A DNA stretch of 64,000 nucleotides from Eledone cirrhosa (GCA_964016885.1 OZ024749.1:31124001-31188000); one strand, 5' to 3'. Counted from the stretch's first letter, positions 42,808 to 57,111 are shown. The notes: generated from the letters alone by a model not told the origin. Numbers and translations: made by a program.

Positions 42808-43185
42808 AAAGTTCTATTTAAATTGTTGGGATACAAGCAAATATTTTTAGAACTGATCTAAAGCACTCAACAAGTATTTGGAGTAAACATACGATATTAA
42901 CAAATGGAAACTATATTTATAAAACCATATTTATTTCATTATACATATTTCAAGGACACCAAGTTAAATTATGGTGTGCTTTCATCAGACAAAACATAGG
43001 ACTATCCGGGAGCTTCCAACAGTAATGGTTGCATTTTTTAAGGGTATGTCAATATTTATTTATAAAACTGATCTATATTATATTTTGTCTGATGAAAGCA
43101 CACCATAATTTAACTTGGTGTCCTTGAAATATGTATAATGAAATAAATATGGTTATCTAAATATAGTTTCCATTTGTTAATATCG
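42805..43185. mobile_element. Fold-back PLE pLTR insert, family L copy 2; hammerheads 42933-42994 (-) and 43082-43144 (+)
   Basis: Inverted arms each carry CTGATGA...GAAA-TATGTA-TA. Tail on the left. Confidence 0.82.
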
Positions 43186-43217
43186 TGTATATATATATAT
43201 ATATTATATATATATAT

Positions 43218-43315
43218 AAGTGTTTACACAACAGTTAGTTCACCATACCGAGAACAATTGTTTCACCTTCAGATCTTCAGCTCGGAATGGGCATGGTTAT
43301 AGGAACAGGAAGGAG
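43218..43315 (-). mobile_element. Tail-less family O pLTR with minimal hammerhead (about 43248-43285)
   Basis: CCGAG-CTGAAGA-TCTGAAGGT-GAAA-CAATTG-TT-CTCGG. Stem II is weak. Confidence 0.65.
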
Positions 43316-43359
43316 TGAAATATTCATTATCATGGCATTCGTTATAACGAAATTTCTAC

Positions 43360-43397
<38 letters not shown>

Positions 43398-43402
<5 letters not shown>

Positions 43403-43569
43403 GAAATTCCGTTATAACGAATACCATTATAATGAATTTTTCAGTATAACGTAATTTTTTTCCACCCCCGACCACACGCTCGCAGTATCAGGTCGAAGTC
43501 GTTATAAAGAATTTCTCGTTAAAACGAATTTTTATACTCCCTGAATTTCGTTATAACAGAATTTCACTA
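43398..43569. mobile_element. pogo/Tigger-like MITE
   Basis: Imperfect TIRs GTAGAAATTCCGTTATAACGAA / TTCGTTATAACAGAATTTCAC, internal CGTTATAA repeats, TA flanks. Confidence 0.6.
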
Positions 43570-43576
43570 TATACAT

Positions 43577-43620
<44 letters not shown>

Positions 43621-44061
43621 TTGTGCGTGTGTGTATGTATATATATATTTATATACGTATGTATATGTATATATAAATATGCACATGCAAACACACACAC
43701 ACACATATATCTATATATATATATATATAAACTAAACAAATATAGCTATTACTTCAATGTTTCAGAAATATTTATCAAGCAAGCTCAAATATAAAATCTA
43801 AGGCTTTTTCTGCCATTGCGATGTCAAAAACAATATTTATGCGCCATTATGTTGGTATGCATTTTTTAAACTTTCCTGGTTTAGAACAAAGTGTGAGAGA
43901 AATATTTATTATTTCATATTTTCATTTACATAATTTTTTTGTCAATGTTATATTTGAAATTATTAGTATTACACACTTCAGAATATTTCTTTATATATAT
44001 AAAATATTTCTCTCTCTCTCTCTCTCTCTCACTCCCTCTCTCTCCCACTCCCCATCTATCT

Positions 44062-44342
<281 letters not shown>

Positions 44343-44511
44343 ATATATATATATATATACAAGAAAGTACGTCCATAGAATCATTTGATAAAATATATAC
44401 AGTATTTCCACTCCCAATCAGCATAATCAACCACACAAAAAATCAATTTAAATATATATATATATGTGTGTGTGTATGTGTGTGGGTGTGTATAGTATAT
44501 TATTTATGTAT

Positions 44512-44685
44512 GGCAGTGTCAGTAGAGAGTCGGACGCCATACTTTCCAGCATAGTTACGTCCCTTTACGATCTGAGTTCAAATCCCGCCAAGGTTGACTT
44601 TGCCTTTCATCCTTACGGGGTCGATAAAATAAAGTGCCAGTAATGTACTGGGTAATTTGCTGGCCTGGTGCCTAAAGTAGAAACA
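44512..44685 (+). mobile_element. tRNA-derived SINE with 13-bp TSD
   Basis: ATTATTTATGTAT at 44499-44511 and 44686-44698. Confidence 0.9.
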
Positions 44686-45190
44686 ATTATTTATGTATAT
44701 ATATTGTAAATAATCATTGCAGCATCGTGTATATTAAAATATTTAGAAATATAGGAAGACTCGAACGCTGGAATCTAGCTGTGAATGCAGCTTAGACTAT
44801 CGGGTAAAATACCTCTATAGATGGAAAACGTGACCGGCTGCCACTACAGGAAACCGAGCTCTATACCTCTCCAATACCAGCTGAGCACTCTTTATTATTA
44901 TTAAGCTAAATGAAACCTGACAATGCTTACCGTGTTAAATAAATTTAAATATCAGCTTTTATGTGCGACAACATTTCGCATGAACTTTTGGAGCATTGAG
45001 TATGGAAAAAAATGTTTAGAAACTTAGAAACTTTCGAACGCAAGAAAATAGCTGTGAATATATATATGTCTGTGTGTGTATGTGTGTGCGTGTGTGTTTG
45101 TGTATATGTGTGCGCGCGTGTGTGTGTGTCGTTGTGTGTGCCCTTATACATATGTAAATAAATGTACGTGTATATATATGTATACATATA

Positions 45191-45267
45191 CAAGGAGTCT
45201 CTGAAAATGTGTACACACTTTTATTAGAATGCTATTGAAGTGTGTATACATTTTTTGGGACAGCCTG
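45191..45267. mobile_element. 77-bp Tc1/mariner-type MITE
   Basis: About 30-bp imperfect TIRs (CAGGCTGTCCCAAAAAATGTATACACACTT-like) with TA on both sides. Confidence 0.7.
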
Positions 45268-45674
45268 TATATATCTATATATATATATATATAGCTAGAT
45301 AAAGCTTTCTTCTAAATCACAAATATGTAACATATAATTTTTAAATAATGTCTCTCATGTGGATTGCACTAGATTGCCTAATGTCTATATTTTACGTCGT
45401 TGCACAGATAACTGCGGTATTTTGGTATTTTAAACATTTTAAGCCGCTTCAGTTGTATTAATATTTTATTTGACTATTTTGATTTAATAAGTCATTTGTA
45501 AACACACATTTTGTTGTATATAATTATGTAAATCTTTTCTTCTTCTCTTTTATCGATTAGTCTTATTTATTCCAAAGATGTCAGGGGAAAGTAAATTTGA
45601 ATGATTTTATTCTATCTGTTTCAAAGGGAGTATAAAAGAGCAGCATCTTCCAACAACATCAACACAATGACATT

Positions 45675-45945
45675 CTCGGTAGAAGATCGGTTAAATAGCT
45701 TCGTGAATCTTAGTTACGACTGATATCGTGTTGAGTTCAAATCATACCGAGGTAAACATTTCCTTTCTGGGGTCGGTGAATGTAAAGTATTAGTTGAGTA
45801 CCAGTCTCGATAAAAAGTAATATCATCATTATATAAACAAATCCCGCCGAGGTTGACTTTGCCTTTCATCCTTACGGGGTCGATAAAATAAAGTACCAGT
45901 AATGCACTGGCTATTTGCTGACATTGTGCCAAAAGTAGAAACAAT
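45675..45945 (+). mobile_element. Old SINE remnant followed by a young 5'-truncated SINE
   Basis: Diverged core 45722-45805. Consensus-like 3' half from about 45838. Confidence 0.75.
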
Positions 45946-46161
45946 TATATAAAAGAGTATCGTCATTAGGTTTATTCTGCTGTGACGCGCGTTTCGCAAT
46001 TGGTCAGCTGAAGGTTCGATCTGTATCGATCGGGCCCAACTCAGTCGGGCCTGAACGATAGAGATCGAACATTCGCGAAACACTCGTAAACACTGCATAA
46101 ACAAAATTACGATACTTTGAGACTGCGCACAACTTATAGTTAATATATATATTTATATATA

Positions 46162-46230
<69 letters not shown>

Positions 46231-46238
<8 letters not shown>

Positions 46239-46594
46239 GTAGTTTAGAAAGCCACAACAATGCAGATGGGAAATCTCGAGGTAGGAAGTGAGTGAGAAAT
46301 AGGAGAAAAGTGAAAATTGAGAGAAACGAAAATGAAAACAAAACAAAGGTAGAAGGGTTACCGTAGTGGAGATTTAATCCCAATATTTAGGGCTTACGCC
46401 CATCAACGGGGGAAAGTTCCAAAAGGGGGGGGGGGGGAACAGGTTAAGCCGGAGAAAGTTGTATTGTCGTTAAAACTTTTCTCCTATTTCTCACTCACTT
46501 CCTACCTCGAGATTTCCCATCTGCATTGTTGTGGCTTTCTAAACTACATATCTTACACATTTCACAATGCTTCAAGCAAACTTTAACACCCTCA
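46231..46594. mobile_element. Fold-back insert in (TA)n: ~77-bp inverted arms plus one-sided tail
   Basis: 46235-46311 is the reverse complement of 46475-46551. Spacer holds a very degenerate hammerhead-like GGGC GTAA GCCC on the minus strand. Confidence 0.7.
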
Positions 46595-47045
46595 TATATA
46601 TATATATATTAACCAATATTGTGTGTGTGAATACGTATATGTATATATTTATATATATATGAAACTAATAATATCTGTAACATTTACTCCTGCGTTTGTT
46701 TATTGTTGTATTTTTCTGTTATTCCGAACTATATATATATGGAGATCGATAAATAATTAAATATATAGATATATGAAACTAAATTCACAAAATATATATG
46801 TGAGTCTGTAAAAAATTAAAGAGTTTTTTACTATATTTTACTTCTGCCCTACCTATGATATTTTAGAATTGTCTCCCTTATATATCCCGGTAATATATCG
46901 GAGTCACATACCAAGATATTATGGCATATGATGTAAAACATATGTTTGTGGTTAATGGAAAAAGAATGTCAACGTTCGCCCATACGTATATATGTATACA
47001 TGTGTGTGTTTGTGTGTTCTCTTTAGTTGCGTTTAAATTTAAGTT

Positions 47046-47117
<72 letters not shown>

Positions 47118-47150
47118 ATATTAAATATATATATATATATATATATATGT

Positions 47151-47578
47151 AAGAGTTCTATTTAAATTGTTGGGATTCAACGAGCAAATATTTTTATAAC
47201 TGATATAAAGCACTGAACAAATATTTGGAGTAAAAATACGATATCAACAAATGGAAACTATATTTATAAAACCATATTTATTTCATTATACATATTTCAA
47301 GGACACCAAGTTAAATTATGGTGTGCTTTCATCAGATAAAATATAATATAGATCAGTTTTATAAATAAATATTGACATACCCTTAAAGAATGCAACCATC
47401 CGGGAGCTTCAAACAGTAATGGTTGCATTCTTTAACGGTATGTCAATATTTATTTATAAAACTGATCTATATTATATTTTATCTGATGAAAGCACACCAT
47501 AATTTAACTTGGTGTCCTTGAAATATGTATAATGAAATAAATATGGTTTTATAAATATAGTTTCCATTTGTTAATATC

Positions 47579-47580
<2 letters not shown>
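47151..47580. mobile_element. Fold-back PLE pLTR insert, family L copy 3; hammerheads 47280-47342 (-) and 47476-47538 (+)
   Basis: About 160-bp near-perfect arms 47238-47399 and 47419-47580. Tail 47151-47237. Confidence 0.85.
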
Positions 47581-47637
<57 letters not shown>

Positions 47638-48060
47638 AATATTATGTGCAACTGCGGTCGATGGGGGAGTTTGTGAGTGTGTGATTTTTTATTGTCTTAT
47701 TCTGTGTATAATGATTTATGAGATATAAACGATATATCATAAATATAACCAAGACACAATGAAAACATGAAGCTTACACACCAAAATATAATTTTTATAT
47801 GAATATATATACATACATAGTTAATAAATGAAACAAACAAAACAGAGAATGCCAAATTATACATTTATATTAGGAGGTTTGCGTCGTAAGGTCTTCTGCA
47901 TACTACGGTATATGACTGGGTATTCCGCAAACCTGATAGTCTACTAAACAGCAAACAAAGAAAATAGGTTCCAAAATAATTCAACGACATTCCGTGTATG
48001 ATACAATCTAACTAAACGTAAACTAACCTCTATGCTACTATTATGTAGGGCGGCGGTACA

Positions 48061-48275
48061 GCGGTGGATTGGCAGTATCGGTAGAGGGGTGGACGCCATG
48101 CTTTGGAGCATAGAGTTACGGCTCTTTATGATCTGAGTTCAAATCCCGCCGACGAGGTTAACTTTGCCTTTCATCCTTATGGGGCCGATAAAATAAAGTA
48201 CCAGTCACGCACTGGAGTCGATTGAATCAACCCCGGCCCCTCCGAAAAAAAAAATTACTGGCCTTGAAAGAAACC
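48061..48275 (+). mobile_element. tRNA-derived SINE, major family
   Basis: Consensus match. ATTATGTAG occurs on both sides. Confidence 0.85.
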
Positions 48276-49354
48276 ATTATGTAGTGTGACGGTAATGAAA
48301 TGTGTTACGGTTGTAAATAAATATCTTTGAATTTAGTGCTATGATCGCCAACATATGAGCTATTAACCACGAGGTATAAAGTCACACTGTGTGACATCCT
48401 GAAGCAATATTTGTATCAAATCTAGGACTATGAGAGTCAGAATATTGAGGTCTTAATCGTGGAGACAATTAACCAACCTTGTTGATATACGTTTAAATGA
48501 CGCCGGATTGAAATTTGTACCGGAAATAGGAACAACAATGGCGGATGGAGAGACACCTGGTGTGTGTTTCCTTCCCTGGTTTCAGCAGAAGGTCGGCACA
48601 GAGGAGTTGAGAGACGAATATTTGAAAAATGTTTCGTAAAAAATTCAAGAATCCATATGCTGTTCTGTACGTTTCTCAGAGACACACATACAGAAGGAAA
48701 CATACGTAAACACGCAGATAGACAGACATACGTCCACATGTAGATGTATGCATACGTACAGACACAGCAAAATAATTTCCCCATAACTGTACAAACCTCA
48801 TATACATTCACACACACAAAAACCTACGCAGAAACGGCCCATACACATGCACCAACACACGACAATAAACACGTACGTATGCATATACATAGAGACATTA
48901 TATCTAGACAAATAAATACATACGCACATATATATATATATATATATATATATACGCATGTATCTATGTGTATACATATATATGTATATATATATACATA
49001 TATATATATTTTTTTTTTTTTTTTTTTAGTATTTTAAACATTTTATATATACACACACACATATATGCACATGTATATATATATATTTCGTTTCTGAATT
49101 TATTGGCAACATGACCCTCTCAAAGTATAACAATATATATATATATTCATACATATATATACACACACTTATATATACATACATAAATGAATATATATAT
49201 ATATATATATATTCATTTATATATGTAGATATAAGTGTGTGTATATATATGTATGAATATATCCATAAAAAAGGAGTTTTTATCGGCATAATATTGCATG
49301 AATAATCCTTTTATTCCTTTCTCGTCTTAATTTATTGTTATTGTTATTACATTG

Positions 49355-49410
<56 letters not shown>

Positions 49411-50689
49411 AGATATTTTTTCTACAATGCATTGGGGGTGGGGGGATGATATATGATAAATATACATATATTTACATATTTTCTGTTGATAGAATATTTT
49501 TACGTATTAAAACAATAATAAAATCGATATGGTTTTCATTTTTGTTAGTTGATTTTGAAGATTTTTGACGTGAAATTGTGTGTTCAAACATCGATTAGTG
49601 TACTTGTTCTGGGGGGCCGTGCTGCCAATCAAGAGGCAGGCACCGGTTTAGTTTCAATTCGCTTTTATAATTAATTAGATAATTATCACATTAATCACGG
49701 CATTAATATAATTAATTAATTAAAGACTGAATTATAAGCTAAGTAATTCAGTTGCTGAATAAAGCATGTGAAGACATTAATTTTATGCAAATTATGTTCA
49801 ATACTATATGGTGTTCATCATTGCTTTTCAAATACAGTACTGGTTGTAAAAATAGAATTTGTTTATAGTCTATAGTTCAGTAAATGAAATTTCAATGAAT
49901 GAGCTAGAAATCGGAGTTTGGCTGTCGTTTAGGCTGGATGACCATGTAGCACAAGGAACACACATCGTTGCTGTAACTATAACAACATTAGCCGCCATAG
50001 TAGCTGTTGTGATGGTGGTAGAAGTGGAATTAGCGGCTTACGTCAACGAAAGCTCTGGAACTCTTAATAAGTTCAATTTTGTTACTTGAAAGCATTATCA
50101 ATTCATTTTAGTTAGCTGAAAGCTTATCAACCTGCACTATAATTATGTTTACCCATGAAAGTTCTTGATCCCTGGCATTAAACCATAGTGGAGTTAGAAG
50201 AAATAGTAATAAAATTCACTTTAAGTTGTTGAAAGTATAAGGACCAAAACTCTAATTATATTAAACTTATGGTGAGAGATTCAGGTCTAGATAGGAAATA
50301 TAAATTGATATTTAGATAGATTTAAAGCATTGTTAAAATAAGGGTAGGAGTATACTGATCCCAAATAATACATGTGTTGAAAATCCTGTAAAATCATAAC
50401 ATTTCCTTCAAAATATTTCCAAACTTAAAACTGTTTAGTATCTGACCACTCACACTATGCTGCAACCAAGCACTAATGCTCCACCGATAAATTGAAATTA
50501 CATTTACTACGTTAAACAAAAAACGATAAACCAATCCTAAACCTCCTTCCACTCCAATGATCAAAGATGAAAATATTTTAAATAAAAACCAACAATGTTT
50601 TACATGCGTTAGCAATACGTGCAATGCTTGGGTATCATAACAGGCTGATACTGTCAATCCATTTCACTCAATAATAATAATAACAATAA

Positions 50690-50880
50690 TGATTTCTGAT
50701 TTAGACACAATGCCAACAATTTGAAGTGGAGGGGAAAGTCGATTAAATCGACCCCAATGCATCTATTGTGCTATATGTATCGACCCTCCGCTGGATTTGA
50801 ACTCAGAATGTAAAGGGCCGTAATTCTATGCTACACCGCATGATGTCCACCGCCCTTTCGATACTGCCAATACACCGCCA
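50690..50880 (-). mobile_element. tRNA-derived SINE, internally deleted
   Basis: Head and 3' end present, part of the core missing. Confidence 0.72.
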
Positions 50881-50899
50881 TGACGTCCAATACAATAAA

Positions 50900-51493
50900 C
50901 TAGCTGAACGACCCGGCGTTGTCCAGGTTTCTGCTGTTCTTATTCAGATTAGTAAAGAATAAAGATGAAGATATATTTTTTCTCATAATTATTTCAAAAT
51001 ATTAACTTCTTATAAAAAAAGATATCAAAATTGTAACGATAATGGAACTTAGAAATGAAAATCTTTCAATCTTGAAGCACCTCAGGGTGAACAATATTCA
51101 TTGTGTCATCACATGTGTACATATATGTTTAATTCTCTGTGTATCTGATTAAGTATTTACGTGAAGATGTGTGTGTATGTAACTTATTAAGGCCTAATGT
51201 ACGTAACGAACTCGCAAACTCACACACACTGACAGACACCTAAACACTCACATATAAAATGTGACGACATCGTGTTATAAAATGACCGTTTATCATAGTT
51301 GACTATAGAAAGATTATTTTCGAAAAAATGTTATATTGTTTTAATCCAAATGAAAATAACATTTACATGTTGTTAATCACGGGTTCTCATACTATTACCT
51401 TGTAAAATGTGATTTGATTTCGACGAGCCGTTTTAGACTGCATAAGGAAAAGATAGACAGACAGAGAGACAAAGAATTTTATAGATATATAGA
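50900..51493 (-). mobile_element. Non-autonomous Helitron
   Basis: Minus strand begins A|TCTATATATC and ends with a GC-rich hairpin (50911-50928) about 7 nt before CTAG|T. Has a short (CTGT)n near the 5' end and no TSD. Confidence 0.7.
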
Positions 51494-52189
51494 TGGTTTC
51501 TAAGTTAGATATAGCACCAGCAATGAATTAAGGAGAGGGAAATTATTTATAGTGACCTTAGTAAAGGGTAAGAGTACAAACCTCCTTCGGTCACAAACGA
51601 CCATGGGATTTACTCGTAGAAAGTTCCCTCCGTGGCACAAGTCCAAGCAAGATTGTTTGTGGAAGACCAGCAGTCAGTCACCCATGCATACCACCCACCC
51701 ATCCCTACACCATGGTTGTTGTTGAAATGTCCCTAGTAATATATGCTATTTATATTAACGACCCCCCAGGGAAGAAAACCATTTGGAGAGCCACAACTAA
51801 GTACAGCAAGGTATTTCATCCTACACATTAACAATTCTTCCAATGCACCGTTTTAACTCATATGTAATAAATAAAATATTAGAATAACTATTCAAATTAA
51901 TTTGTTTTATTACTATTTATTTAAATATAAGCTCACTGTTATAAATCAATTATTTTGCAATACCCCCTAATTAATGTAAACATTTCAATTTTAATATATT
52001 GAAATTCTAATTTTTTATTTGTTTAAGTACTGTATGTGTCTGAGAGAGAGACAGAGAGAGAGAGGGGGTGGGAGAGAGAAAGAAAGAGAGATAGGCGGAG
52101 AGGAGGAGAGAGGGGAAGATAGATGGGGAGAGAGGGTGACGGAGAGAAAATGTGAGGGACTGAGAGAGAGAGAGGGGAGGACTGTAAAT

Positions 52190-52385
52190 AATGGTTTCTA
52201 CTACAGGCACAAGGCCAGCAATTTTGGGGGAGGGGAAAGTCGAGTAAATCGACTCCAGTGGGTGACTGGTACTTTATTTTATCAACCCCGTAAGGATGAA
52301 AGGCAAAGTTAAACTCGGCGAATTTGAACTCAGATCATAAAGGGCCGTAACTCTATTCTACAAAGCATGGCGTCCGACCATCTGC
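52190..52385 (-). mobile_element. tRNA-derived SINE, major family
   Basis: Matches the family consensus. Confidence 0.85.
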
Positions 52386-52948
52386 CCTGGGGACTATATA
52401 TAATGCTATATAATAGTATATAATGTTATACAATATAGACGTAGGTATTGTTCTGTGGTTAAGGAGTTCGCTTCGAAAACATGCAGACATGTGTTGTGTC
52501 CCATTGCGGCAATTTGGGCAATTGACTTCTAATAGACTTGGGTTGATCAATGCATATATACATTTAAGAAAGTTTTCCATTATCAGGCTAAAATTCCTTT
52601 AGTCACAAAATACGACGCAAGCTTCTATTTATACTATATATATATATACATATATGTGCGTGTGTGTGTCTGATGTATATATATATATTATATATTTATA
52701 TATTTAATATAGAAATATATTCTACAGGACTAGAACTGTTTCATTATATATGTGTATATACATTAAATCGATCCCAAAAGGATACTAGTACTTATTCTAT
52801 TGACGTGGACGAAGACAAATGATTGAATCTAAAATCATTGTTATATGCATGAAACTCCATATACCACACAAGAAGAGAACTTGTGACATAAATGTAATAA
52901 GAAGTTTATCACAATTTAGGTATGTTTCAATACATTTGTCACCACCAA

Positions 52949-53090
52949 TAAAATAATATACTAAATAATATACTAAAATAATATGCTAAAATAATATACT
53001 AAAATAATATACTAAAATAATATACTAAAATAATATACTAAAATAATATACTAAATAATATACTAAATAATAGTAAAATATTATACTAAA
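52949..53090. repeat. 13-bp tandem repeat TAAAATAATATAC, about 11 copies
   Basis: Directly visible. Confidence 0.92.
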
Positions 53091-53539
53091 TAAAAAAAAA
53101 GTGCTAAATATTCTTTCGGATACATATGAATTTTAATCGCTTTAAGTTACCCAACCTCCCCATGTATAAAATGTTAGCTGTCGTTATCGCAATCTATTTT
53201 CTATCAAGCATTCATAGTTTTAAAATCAATGACGGAGTGTCAAAGTCGTATAACTATCGTAATAACTTTCGCTCAAGATACTGTTCTCAATAATTGCTTT
53301 TACTAGTGTGATATAAAGCAAGCTACACGATTAAATTGCTTCTATACATTTATAACGATAAAAGTAAAACATTAAATAATGAACGAACTTTTTTTAGGAG
53401 AAAAAAAACAAACATCCAGAGTGATGTTGAGTGAGAGAGATTCAGAGCGAGCTTGAGAGAGGAGAGCGATAGCAGAGAGAGGAAAGAGGGAGAAAGAATG
53501 AGAGAGAGAGATAAATAAGGAAATGAAATACGCACATGT

Positions 53540-53583
<44 letters not shown>

Positions 53584-53725
53584 GAGAAAAAACCGCTCAT
53601 ATATACAGAGAAAGAGTGAGATGTATACTGAAAGAGTCGAGGGAGTTAGGAGGGAAAGGGAGACTTAATGAGAGAAAGAGAGATATATGAAAAAACACAC
53701 ATGTATACACAGAATCAGAGAGAGA

Positions 53726-53769
<44 letters not shown>

Positions 53770-54254
53770 CAGTAGGCAGAGAACTTTAGTGAGATAAAGA
53801 TGAGAAATGGAAATAAGATAGAAAATAAAATCGAAATAAGAAAGATCACGTGATGGCGTGTTTATAACAACTTTTTATAGTTATCTTAAATGAATTAGTA
53901 CTAATCAACAGATGGCGCTGCGTTGAAGTTCTGTTTACAGAGATATCGAATAATAATTGAGAATATGGATAATATATTGGTGTCGTATATATTGATGTAT
54001 ACATTTTCCTTGGAGAACAGGAGTTTGGAGGACAGGGTGGGAGTTCCGAAAATAGGAGTGTAGTGGATGGCAGTGTGGGGGACTGGGTTGGGGTAGTAGA
54101 TAGGAGTGCGGGCGATGTGGTAATATTTAGTATATGTATTATTTCAAATTATCATTTTTTACGTCTGAGCATATATGAGTATAGAAACAAAATTGACGTG
54201 CTCACATAGAAATATAGTATCTATGTTTCTTTTTGCCTATCTCTCTCTCCAACA

Positions 54255-54335
<81 letters not shown>

Positions 54336-54403
54336 CCTATCTACCTATTTTTCTATTTCTATCAACCTACGTTTATATATATTTTTCTATTTCTATCAAC
54401 TAC

Positions 54404-54448
<45 letters not shown>

Positions 54449-54452
<4 letters not shown>

Positions 54453-55800
54453 AAGATTGAAGAATAACATGGTCGGGTGTACAACAAAGGGGCTTTATTT
54501 CAAGTATTAACAATTGTTTCATTAAACAGGTGAGTCTAGAGGCCGCTAATCACTCGAAGTTGCGTCACTCGACCTTACATACAGTGTTTACCTCTGATCA
54601 AATCCTCAGAATACTAGAGAACACACATATGGCAATGGTATATATAGAGATACAGCGTAGAATGAAAACAATAACATCAATAATAAAATATAATGATAAA
54701 TAGGTAAAGAAGTTACAGATTAGAAAAGTAAAAAAATATAAAGAAATAAAAAATAAGTGAAAGTATATAAGAACAGAATACTATAGTTGATAATAGTGGT
54801 GGTGGTGAGTAAGTGTCTGTATAAGGATGTGGGGGTGGAGGTAGTACTAGCATGAAAAGCAATACTTACGTGTAGAGAATAAGAGGTAGTAACAAATGAC
54901 AGATAAAAGAAAAAACAATAAATTAAAAATTAAATGAGAGATACGAGGATGAGACATAAGGGTTAAGGATGGATGGGGAAGGGGGGGATATGTGTGTGTG
55001 GTAAATATTTAGCCTGCTGATTGTCTTATCTTAATGGGGTTGATGTGGCTTCAGGGAGAGAGAGTGAAAGAAAGGTTAGGGGACTTATGATCTAGTGACC
55101 AGTCGGTCAGTTGACAGCTAATAACAGTGTGGTGGTACGTATTCCGTACGTTAAAATCCGGGCAGTTCAGTTCGAATTTTGGGATTGCTGGGTCGAATCA
55201 TGTTGGTTTGAAATTTGTGAACTTGGTAGCTGCTTTGTGCCTACAGAAAATGTATCTTTCTATTTTAAGCAGCATCTTATTCTACTTTAAAGTGGGACAT
55301 TCCATTGTTGTAGGTCCTTATCCCGATAATTTTGATCTGCTAATCCAATATTCCTGGTTTGTGTTCTTAAGCTGCCAGGTTTTATTGGCCAGCTTTGTAG
55401 AGTTCTCAAGTATACGGTCCTTCTTGGGGTGTCTGTGAATATACCATTTTTTTTGGAACTCCCCAGCCGTGGAACCTATGTAGTGCCGTGTTAAGTTGGC
55501 GGAATTTATAGTACACGGGTACACCATATTTGAATCCAAGTATCTATTTTGTAGTGGGTATTTATCCGGTAGGTGGCAATTACAGTTGGAGACCTTCCTG
55601 TGTGCAGGTTCTCCGTTGCGGTTTTGCATGTTGTTATTGGTGGGTTGAGATTCAGGCCTATTAATGTTTTGTTGTGATGCGCACTGATGAGTGCGTGGTT
55701 GTGATGTTGTTATGTGTTTGGCTTTTGTATTTGGTATGATGTATGTTGGTAGGTTATTTTCTTTAGAGATTCTTTTGTAGTTGATTTTATGTATGTGTGA
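54449..55800 (-). mobile_element. Penelope-like element remnant A: GIY-YIG region, 3' UTR and long-stem-II hammerhead (about 54503-54615)
   Basis: CNC..P..YPL....SNMVYPCTI.....HYIGST..EF.K.WY.H...TKLA...WQLK. pLTR homologous to 11699-11860. Right boundary approximate. Confidence 0.8.
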
Positions 55801-55814
55801 TTCTAGTTTTTCTG

Positions 55815-56680
55815 TTAAAGTGTTTATTAGGTTCACGCTTTTGAGAGTGTGGGGAGCAGGGACATTTCGGGCATAAGCCCTTCATCGGTAGAAAAGTGGG
55901 TAGGAAGAGAATTCCGAGGGTGTGTGTGTGTGGTGGAAAGACATTTAGTATTATTAGTTGTGGGGTGGGCCAAGGGGGTGGGGCGGTGAAATCGAGGAGT
56001 GTGTTAGTGGTGTTAGTGGGGTGTTTGGGGGGGAGGTGGACGGTCGAAGGCTAAATGAATATGGGTGGGGAGTTCAAGCCGGGGGGGGGGGAAGATGGTG
56101 TGTTGTTCGACCATGAGGCGGGTGTTCCATGGCATTGCTGCAGCCCACAGACTGTGAGGTGGTGGGCGGAATCTCCAGAGGAGCCAAAGTGGCGAGCGAT
56201 GGGGGAAATCCCGCCGAGACGAATATCCCGGAAGTGTTCAGTGAAACGGTCCGCCAGGCGAAGTCCAGTCTGTCCGACGTAGGTTGCGCTGCACTCCGTG
56301 CAGCAATATCCGTATACTAGGTTGGAGGAGGTGCAGAGGAAGGCGTGCCGGACAGAGAGAGAGTGGCCGTTGGGACGTTGGAAGGTGGTGGTCTTGGTGA
56401 TGTGGGGGCAGGTGTGGCAGCGAGGCCTGGAGCAGGGAAGGGACCGGGTTGGGGCGTGGGTTGGGGGGTAGGGAGCTGCGGACGAGGAGGGTGCGGAGTT
56501 TACGCGCGCGTTTGAAGGAGGGGAGCGGTGGGGATTGGAAGATGGGGGAGGTGGAGGGGTCGGACTGGAGGCGGAGGAAGAGGCGGAGGATGGTTCGGTG
56601 GAGGGGTAGGGTGGAAGGGTGGTAGGTTATGGGGAATGGGAGACGATGGGTGGGTGTGCGGTGACGTGGGGTGAGGGCAT
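55815..56680 (-). mobile_element. Penelope-like element remnant B (Neptune-like linker plus GIY-YIG) with degenerate hammerhead at about 55860-55890
   Basis: PPLPSFKRARKLRTLLVRS, then in a shifted frame PRCHTCPHI...FLCTSSNLVYGYCCTECSATYVGQTGLRLADRFTEH. CCGATGAA GGGC TTAT GCCC GAAA TGTC follows. Confidence 0.82.
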
Positions 56681-56845
56681 TATATATATATATATATATA
56701 TTCAATATTATAAGCAAGTCAAGGATATGAAATTATCATTTATTCACGCATTTATATGCATATTTCAACACGGCTAAAATATCACATCATTGAGCTTATC
56801 TCATCTTACCAAACAAAATAGCGAAGTACTACAATATAATCACAT

Positions 56846-56901
<56 letters not shown>

Positions 56902-57111
56902 TAAATTCAGCGAGAATCGCATTTCGGCGGGCAGAAAAGGAGAAACGAAACGCAAAATCAGAGTTATGCTAGCAAGTGCTCTATAGTTAAAAAACCAGAG
57001 CTAAACATATGTTAAAACGCCATACAAACTGAAAAAGAGGTCAAGAAGGCATTAACCACCTAAGCCAAAAAACAAGTCAAGCTATACAGGTCAAAGAAAA
57101 TAAATGATAAA

